NCBI RefSeq assembly: GCF_006345805.1
Contig: NC_042998.1
Coordinates: 132,742,001 to 132,806,000, forward strand
DNA from: Octopus sinensis
Lineage: Eukaryota
Reading direction: 5' to 3'
DNA length: 64,000 nt
Shown here: piece by piece, positions 55,763 through 64,000 of the stretch
How the letters are laid out: each line of letters begins with the position of its first letter
Numbering within the stretch: the stretch's first letter is position 1
Translations under genes and position numbers: made by a program
The notes under the pieces: generated by a model
The model's database searches: none
Told to the model about the DNA's origin: nothing
What the model saw: the letters and a program-made list of their open reading frames with translations, nothing else

Positions 55763-55831
55763 TCGTTCCAGCACACGATCTCAGATCAAGTCACTCGCTA
55801 TGCAAGTACATCTCCGTAACATATATATATA

Positions 55832-55893
<62 letters not shown>

Positions 55894-56674
55894 CAAAGGA
55901 GTTGTCAACAAGTATACCAACCGTACACATGTATATATAACAAGAAAGATTGCTACCAAGTATATCATGCAACAGAAACTTATACAGAATCAAGGATCAC
56001 CAACTGACCGGAGTGCACCAAAACGCAAGTAGTATAGTGGACAGAATTGACAACAACGGCAGGACTTTTCGTTTAGTATATAGGGTGTATCACAGATTCT
56101 CTTGTTTCTTCTTTCACGCTCTTTTTCTCTCAGATCTCGCTCATTCTCTTCCTAAAAGAAATAAATCCTCTGAATTTTCAGAAATTTAAAAACTGTGTAG
56201 ACTTTAAGAAAAAACTTCTAATGTCATCAACCGCAATAAATAAATAAATAAATAAATAAAATAACTGTTGCATGAATATATTTTTTACTTGTCTCTCAAT
56301 TAATGCGAATGACTTCGACCAGAAATAGCCTGACATGATTTTCAGTAAACCAGCAACTGTTTGGATAGTTTATCATCGATTACATTGATTTTTCCCTCAT
56401 CATGTTGCATAGCAACCATTTCGTCTATACGTTGTCGAAAGCCAATCTATACATTCGTCATCTTCGTTAGATTTACGACCATATTGGAAGTGTTTGTGTC
56501 AACTGATAACCGACAAGCTTACCTTCTTTGCGGAGATTTTAATATTTACAGGACCTCCTGTTGTTATGAGCATTCAGTGAGTGTTAATCACAAGATAGAT
56601 TAAAGCTAAATGTCAACCTGACAACAAAGTTTGATGACATCGTCCAATGAACAATTTGGGAACTCCAGCTAGAA

Positions 56675-57224
56675 CAAGGGTTCTCAACCATGTTTTTATC
56701 TATAAACCCCTTTGGTTGCTATTTTATTCTGGTATACCCCCATAGCCATTCGATGTTTAAAAACTAGTTTAATAGAAGCTCCTTTCAAAATTTCTATTTT
56801 GTTTTTCACACATCAATTCGTGGAGGTTGAACTATGTAAAATATTAGAGAAAGAAGTCTAGCTGTATCTTACAAAACATACCAGTACATACATCTAAAGC
56901 AAACTTCTTTTTCAGGGGCTCCTTAAAATGCTATTGCGGCTCCCCAATTTACTATTTAGTTGCGTGGACCCCAAATCTTATACGGACCCTAGAACAACGA
57001 TGGCGAATCATTTTAACCTGGTGTGTCAACATTTTTATTTCTTTAAATAATCCTGTCGCATAAGTCTGTAGAAATATTTTAGACTTAGGTAAATACTTAT
57101 AGGTATATAAATAAGCTTTTTATAATGATATCGCGGGGAGATTTTTTTCAAAGTCCATCGCATGTCACCCAAAAGCATGCAATGCATAAATGCTTAAATT
57201 ACGTTTACAAATTCGCCTTCATTG
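56675..57224. mobile_element. Two abutting hAT-Charlie-like MITEs (56675-~56990 truncated; 56995-57224)
   Basis: First starts CAAGGGTTCTCAAC. Second has TIRs CAACGATGGCGAAT / ATTCGCCTTCATTG. All junctions carry NNCTAGNN, the Charlie-type target consensus. Confidence 0.6.
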
Positions 57225-57792
57225 TTCTAGGCGTGCATAACTTTTGTTTTTTAATGTTATGAAAATGGACTCGTGCTTTAGATGTTATAGTGTATGATGT
57301 CCTTCATACTTTCTCTAAGAGTATTAACAACATAAAAGTCGGAAATGTTCGATTAAGATTCACCTGGTGCTGAGCAAGAACGACATTTTAACATAATAAG
57401 CATTCACTGTTGACATTTTAACATAATGAACATTCACGGCGTTAGTTCAATAAGAATTTGAAACTGCATCGTTGTATCGGTTTGATGGTAGTGTATCTGT
57501 TGTTCTATGTCACACGTAAGTTAAAATAGCTTAATATCAATATCTTGCATAGGCACAAGTCTCAAATATATATAAAAAAAGAGCTCTAGTCTACTGGATC
57601 GATTGCCTGTATATTGCTGACATTCGTTCTTGTCGATCTTGGGAGATGAAATAAAATCACCAAAACTATGTACTGAAAGGGATGTTGCCTGATGCTCTGC
57701 CGATTGACATCGCATGACCATTGATACAGCTTAATATCCGAAAATATAAGCAGTTTATAAACGTCGACTTGGCTAACACAGTCAATAAAATA

Positions 57793-58462
57793 TCGAGGAG
57801 GTGGTATCATAAAGCTCCTGGTCTAGTTGTTTAATAAAAAATAACTTATTTACATAATTTTTTACGAGAAACTTACTAGTAAGGAGAACTCCGTGACAGG
57901 GTGCATTATGGTCGAGAAGAATCCAGTTCTTCACGCTCCACAGGTCCGGTCGCTTTCGCTGAATGTCCTCCCTCAAACGCTTCAAACATTGCAATAGAAT
58001 TTTCGATTGACAGTTTGGCTCTGATAGACAAATTCTTGATGTACAATACCATATTTCCGGAGGTGACACTCGTGGCAAATCTTCCAGATCGCTCACCGTC
58101 TTCAAGGGACGGTCTTCGCTTTTGAAGCGCCCGTGCCACTTGAAACATTGTGTACGAGTCGTTGCCTCGTCGCCGTAAGTTTGCCGAAACATGCTTAATA
58201 TCTCTGACGCAAACTTCCGAAGCTTAATGCAAAATTTCACGTTGGCTTTTCGTTCCAACTTCCTGTCCATGGCAAAATCGCAGACTACAGCATACACGTG
58301 ATCACAAAAACATATTTCGCATCTTGCGAAGTAAACACAGAGATGTCACTCGGCCCAATGCCTCATGAAGGTCATTGCTAGCTCTCATTGCGCACGCAGC
58401 CGTGTACTGCCATCTGTTGGCACGCTACAGAACTAGTCCTGGAACTTCTTGTTGCCATCTCG
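57793..58462 (-). mobile_element. mariner transposon, internally deleted, both TIRs recognisable
   Basis: ORF 57782..58297 ERKANVKFCIKL.K.ASE..M..TYG, DGERSGR, LKRLREDIQRKRPDLW..WILLDHNAPCH. TIRs GAGGTGGTATCATAAAGCTCCTGGTCTAGTT / AACTAGTCCTGGAACTTCTTGTTGCCATCTCG|TA. Confidence 0.85.
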
Positions 58463-60255
58463 TACTCAGTATGTGTGCATCTAGTTAACTAAATTCACTA
58501 TCTCAGCATATCTTATATTCAACAATGAAAGCTAATTATACGAAAATGTCGTTGTTCAGCACCAAATCAACCTTGATCAAACAGTTCCAACCATGACAAT
58601 CTTGTTTCTTTTGTAGTATCTAGGTCTACAGGATGTGTGTCTTTTCCATTTTAAAATACTAGTGAGTGATTTGAAGAAGATACAGCAGTAATTTCTAGCA
58701 TTTCAAACAATCACACAAGGGCTTTCTCATCAAGTAATTTTGAAAAGTTGAGTAGATCAGATGTATACTGAATATATACTGACAGTTTGCCTTCACTCGG
58801 CAGGAATATTCTAATTACGTTGATAAGATGACAGAGTCAGATGTTGATTGGATAGACAAAGACTGTGAGTGATGAAGACTGGATACAGTCTGCAGATGTA
58901 GACAGATTCATGGACACTGACTGTAGACATTAGCAAGACACAAACACAGCCTAAAGATATAAAAGATTTGATTTTTTATTTCATTCAAAAAGAAATATTA
59001 ATATTTTTGTGTTTTCGCATATATATTTGATAATGGTATTTGAAATGCCAAATTAGTTTCAAAACTGGAAATAGAACAATGAAATTTAAAATTAAATGTG
59101 TGTATATACATACATACACACATATACATGTACACACGTACACACGTTCACACACACGTTGTTTATTATGAACAGACAAAATATTCGACGTATGATATGG
59201 TATATTATTTACTCATCTGATGATAAAGTTTTACGAATGTTCCAGTAATCAGATTGTCATACTGGTCTATGACGAAAAGTGAAATAGTCACAGCTAAGCC
59301 ATTAGCTTAGATCCCGAAATAAGAGTAATGGTACATTCCGTTCTCAATATATTTGAAATAGTGAGAAGAAAGAAGCCCGCGATAAAATGAAGAATTGTTG
59401 CAAAAGCAAAGGTATATAGAACGGATGAAGTACATCACCAAATACATTTTTAAATCTACCTGGTTATGTTCTCAACTAGAATAGAAATCTTCTCATCATA
59501 CCACCACATCAACAAAATACATGCTTCAATCTTTCAAACACATTCCTGTACCATCGGATTTTGAACTACATTCAGGCAGAACCTATAATCGATACATGTG
59601 GTAGGAAGAAATTCCACAGATGAAACTAAGCTGATTTTTAAACTGGTCATATCACACCCAAATATTCAACCTGTTTTATGTTCAAATCGATGAGATCCAG
59701 GTTTTCACACCTACTCTAGAATGCCATCTAAAAAATAAACAATCATATCATCGAAATCTCAAAGCTGTTTGATAATGCATGATTAATTCAAAATAATGTG
59801 AATACATTTGACTGAATATTCTGAAGTTAAGCAAAATTTTGACACAAGTCAACTAGAGTTATTTCCTCCTTAAGAAAGATATTCTCTTCTGTGAACTATA
59901 TAAAGAAAGGGGATTTAAAAAAACATATGGAGAAATGAGCTAATATTTTGGCCAAGCTTCGAATTTTTACTAACCAGTCACATTTGTTTCCTACTGAGAT
60001 ATCTTTTTTTTGTTGGGGATTATTACATCATATATGTGATTCATGTGGTCTGTAATAACCAATGAACCGTGATTTTTTCCAGATATTACCTTCGATAAGG
60101 ATATGTGCTTATTAATAAAACAACATGGTTGCGTGATTGCAGTAAGTGATCACACACACACACACGCACACACACGCACACACACACACACACACGCACG
60201 CACACACACACACACACACACACCACACACACACACACACATAAATGTATATGTA

Positions 60256-60470
60256 CGAGGGTGTGCTGAAAAGTTCCTGGCTTCGGGTTAAAGAAAATGC
60301 AGGAGATCAATTAAATATGAGTTTATTGAACATATTCCCACTCTCAGATACACACTTCTTGCAGCTATCCTTCAGTTTTTCTAAGCCTTCTAAAATAACT
60401 CGGAAGGTTGAACCTCCAGCTAGGTCTTTAGTGATACCCTTAAAGCCAGAAGCTTTTCAGCACCTCTTCG
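60256..60470. mobile_element. mariner-derived MITE
   Basis: TA|CGAGGGTGTGCTGAAAAGTTCCTGGCTT ... AAGCCAGAAGCTTTTCAGCACCTCTTCG imperfect TIRs. Confidence 0.75.
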
Positions 60471-60639
60471 CTTATTACATTATTACAGACTTCAAAATAA
60501 TCTTATAAATTTGAGCTAGCTTTGAATGCGTAAATTATTGAAGTTAGAATTAATGAAATACATTAAGCGGTCGTGCACAGCTGTCTTTGCTTATACAATT
60601 TCACCTTCGATAGAAAAAGCTGGATCGAGTGGATTATAT

Positions 60640-60900
60640 TTGAAATCAGCGACCGTTTATCCTATTCTTCATTATCCCCGTCGAAATTACATTCATAATC
60701 ACTTCTATTAAGCGTGTTATCAAATTGGGTACACCGATTTTCATATTTGACGCATTCTTGGCAATTAGTTCGATTAAACGATTTGCAGCCATGCCAGAAG
60801 TGCTTGTTCTTGATGCTGTGTTGTTCGATAGAACATAACCCGACAATATGTGTCTAAAATAATTTGAAGTTAAACACACTGGTCAGTCGTAAACAGCCGA
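60640..60900 (-). pseudogene. Highly decayed hAT Charlie/Buster-type transposase fragment
   Basis: VLSNNTASRTSTSGMAAN resembles the LSNNTV.RRI.DMA motif; single motif only. Confidence 0.35.
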
Positions 60901-60954
60901 CTCGTTCATACAATTTCATTATGTACGGAAAGCGAGGTAACGGCATTTATACCT

Positions 60955-60961
60955 ACACACA

Positions 60962-61043
<82 letters not shown>

Positions 61044-61052
61044 CACACACAT
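60955..61052. repeat. (CA)n microsatellite
   Basis: Directly visible. Confidence 0.95.
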
Positions 61053-62040
61053 ACGCGTGTATGTATGTATGAATGTATGTATATAATTTTATTTCAATAT
61101 TTCGCTTAGGTATTGCGAGGCCAATGATCCGATGTAGAACTCAATATACGTTGTTTCAGAACGAAGTGTTGGCTGAGTATAGAGCAGTAATAAGAAAAAG
61201 GAATGACATGGGAATAAAAGATTATCTTATTGAACTTCATTGTATAATTGTAGTAACATTTATAGTGGAAAGCTAGTGTTTGTGTATACTATGGGTATGT
61301 TCGTGTGTGTTTATGTCTGTCTGTATGTATATATGTATGTATGTGCGTGCGTGCGTACGTACGTACGTATGTATGTATGTATGTATGTATGAATGTATGT
61401 TTGTATGTATGAATATGTGTATATAGTAGCAAGATGCATACGCATTTCTCAGAATACGTCATACTTAATGTTAGTGCTGTATTTTTAGCAAAAGTACACC
61501 AACAAACATTCATATAGACTGTGAATTATTGCAAACGAGTTTATACAGTGAAAGAATTGATGGAGGCAGGTAATTTTTGTTGCACAGTACAACGCCGATA
61601 TCTTTGATCATACCTCGTAGCAAGTCTTATACAACAAAACCTTCTGTTTCAGGAACTGTATTTCTCCTCAGGCGGTGCAAAAGGACAAAAATCCCATTGT
61701 GACCAGCAGTTGTGTGACACAGAATATACGTTGCTAGGTAAAGACAAATGTATTAGAAAACTGACATTACTATACTAAAAATTTGAAACCATTTGCGAAA
61801 GAAAACCGCTTCAAATTTTCCAATATGAAATTAAATTCCTGTCAATATACATACCGTTTAATTATACACATACATACTCCACGGGATAGACTGTAATTAG
61901 TTCTGGCGAGATATTTTTCAGCGAAAGTGTTCGGAAAATTATGAATTACTTAGTATTACACTCACACAAAAGTTTATACATATATACAGATATGTGCATG
62001 TCTGCATGTGTGTGTGTCTGTGTGCGTATGTATGTGTGTA

Positions 62041-62087
<47 letters not shown>

Positions 62088-62390
62088 GCGTGCGGCATAA
62101 ACAAACATTCTTGCTTGAACCTATGCATACATGTGTGTGCTGCCAGAGATGGCTTGTAATAAAACCGTATCATTAAGGCGTTATGCAGTGCGTCAAGTGC
62201 TTCAGTTAGTTTATATACAACAATGAATAGATCCAATTAAATGGCAGGATTAGGAAGGTAGCTTAGAATTTTTTTTTTAAATGGTCGACAAAAAAATTGA
62301 ATTAAATAATCAGTATTTAAGTTGAAACTAATGATATGAAATGGGCTAAATGAAAGTAACAGTTTTCGAGGACTATTATATTACTGCAAA

Positions 62391-62445
<55 letters not shown>

Positions 62446-62562
62446 TAACTTAGTTTATGTGCGCACATTCGTGCATACACACGCACTTACACGCATACAT
62501 GTATGTATGTATTCTTCTACACACACACACATATATATAAATATACACACATATACATACAT

Positions 62563-62593
<31 letters not shown>

Positions 62594-62617
62594 CATATAC
62601 ATACATACATACATACA

Positions 62618-62653
<36 letters not shown>

Positions 62654-62964
62654 TACATAGATTTCCCTATATCATTATATATGTGTGTGTGGCGTGCGTA
62701 AATATTTGTGTGTACGTGTGTGTGCATGTGTGTGTGTGTGAGTGTGCGTGCGTGCGTGTGTGTGTGTGTAAATGTGGTTATATGTTTCTTTTTTTTTTGT
62801 ATTTCAATAAGTGCTCAATAAGTGCTCCCACCAAGTTGTGGGTTCACCAACACTCTGAACAGTAAGTCATTTTATAGTCATTTGCATCGACTACAATTAC
62901 AATTACAGCTACTGCTGCTTCTGTTACAGCCGTTGTTCTTTGTTGTTGTTGTTGTTATTGTTGT

Positions 62965-63017
<53 letters not shown>

Positions 63018-63294
63018 TTATTGTCAATTCTAAATGTGAAACTGTAGCGTAATACTCCTCTTTTACCGAATGGCATTTGGTAAACGTCCCCTTCGTATGT
63101 TTTTGCAAAAAGAAAAAAATAATAATAATAATGATAAATAAATAAATAAATAAATAAAACAAGAAGAAAAAAGAGGAAAAGAAACGTTATTTTAATGAAA
63201 CAGAAGCTAATTTCAAGTGATGGCTTAATATTATTTTCTTATTCCATATTAGCGATGGGAAACAGTATTAGTTCCGAACACTAATAGTGGATAT

Positions 63295-64000
63295 ATTCTT
63301 TTCTCCTCTAGGGACAAGGCCTGAAATTTTTAGGGAGGGGCCCAGTCGATTAGATCGACTCAGTACGCAATTGGTATTTAATTGATCGACCCCGAAAGGA
63401 TGAAAGGCAACGTTGACCTCAGTGGAATTTGAAATCAGAACGTAATGGCAGACGAAATACCTATTTTTTACTACTCACAAGGGGCTATACACGGAGGGGA
63501 CAAACAAGGACAGACAAAGGGGTTAAGTCGATTATATCGACCCCAGTGAATAACTGGTACTTAATTTATCGATCCCGAAAAGATGAAAGGCAAAGTCCAC
63601 CTCGGCGGAATTTGAACTCAGAACATAAAGACAGACGAAATACCGCTAAGCATTTCGCCCGGCGTGCTAACGTTTCTTATTTATTTATTGCCCACAAGGA
63701 GCTAAACATAGAGGGGATAAACAAGGACGGACAAAGAGATTAAGTCGATTACATTGACCCCAGTGCATAACTGGTACTTAATTTATCGATCCCGAAAAGA
63801 TGAAAGGCAAAGTCGACCTCGGCGGAATTTGAACTCGGAACGTAAAGACAGACGAAATACCTGTTTCTTTACTACCCACAAGGGGATAAACACAAAGAGG
63901 ACAAACAAGGACAGACAAACGGATTAAGTCGATTATATCGACCCCAGTGCGTAACTGGTACTTATTTAATCGACCCCGAAAGGATGAAAGGCAAAGTCGA
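63295..64000 (-). mobile_element. Head-to-tail array of at least four SINE family B units, running off the window edge
   Basis: Junctions at 63461/63462, 63677/63678 and 63861/63862. Three units have the Tx1-type tail; the terminal unit has the alternative tail. Confidence 0.92.

Noticed and set aside
59205-59250. CTGATGA hammerhead-like start
   Set aside because: No GAAA and no stem I pairing.
63295-64000. CRISPR-like regularly spaced repeats
   Set aside because: Units are homologous along their whole length (SINE bodies); no unique spacers or cas genes, and the context is eukaryotic.

Overview
AT-rich, microsatellite-saturated animal genomic DNA, most likely from an octopus-type cephalopod (inferred from repeat content, not verified). 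I recognise no host protein-coding exon, rRNA, true tRNA or CRISPR array. Most ORFs in the track are read-throughs of simple repeats or antisense frames of transposons. The real coding content is transposon-derived: (i) six R4/Dong-clade non-LTR retrotransposon copies (RT plus C-terminal restriction-like endonuclease) at 10.5-22.5 kb, all on the minus strand and tied to (TAA)n tracts; (ii) a young, GC-rich Tx1/L1-clade LINE ORF2 inserted in a (GATA)n tract at 32-36 kb; (iii) a CR1-group fragment, two mariner remnants and a Charlie-like hAT remnant. Non-autonomous elements include four SINE-like families (my labels A-D), three or four Helitrons, hAT and mariner MITEs, two long palindromes, hammerhead-ribozyme motifs and an 833-bp tandem duplication. 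Most interesting: one tail variant of SINE family B matches the exact 3' terminus of the Tx1 LINE in this window (36/44 nt, ungapped). Copies with this tail repeatedly join to fixed positions inside the SINE's own tRNA-like head, forming head-to-tail arrays. This is a candidate self-targeting Tx1-LINE/SINE system.
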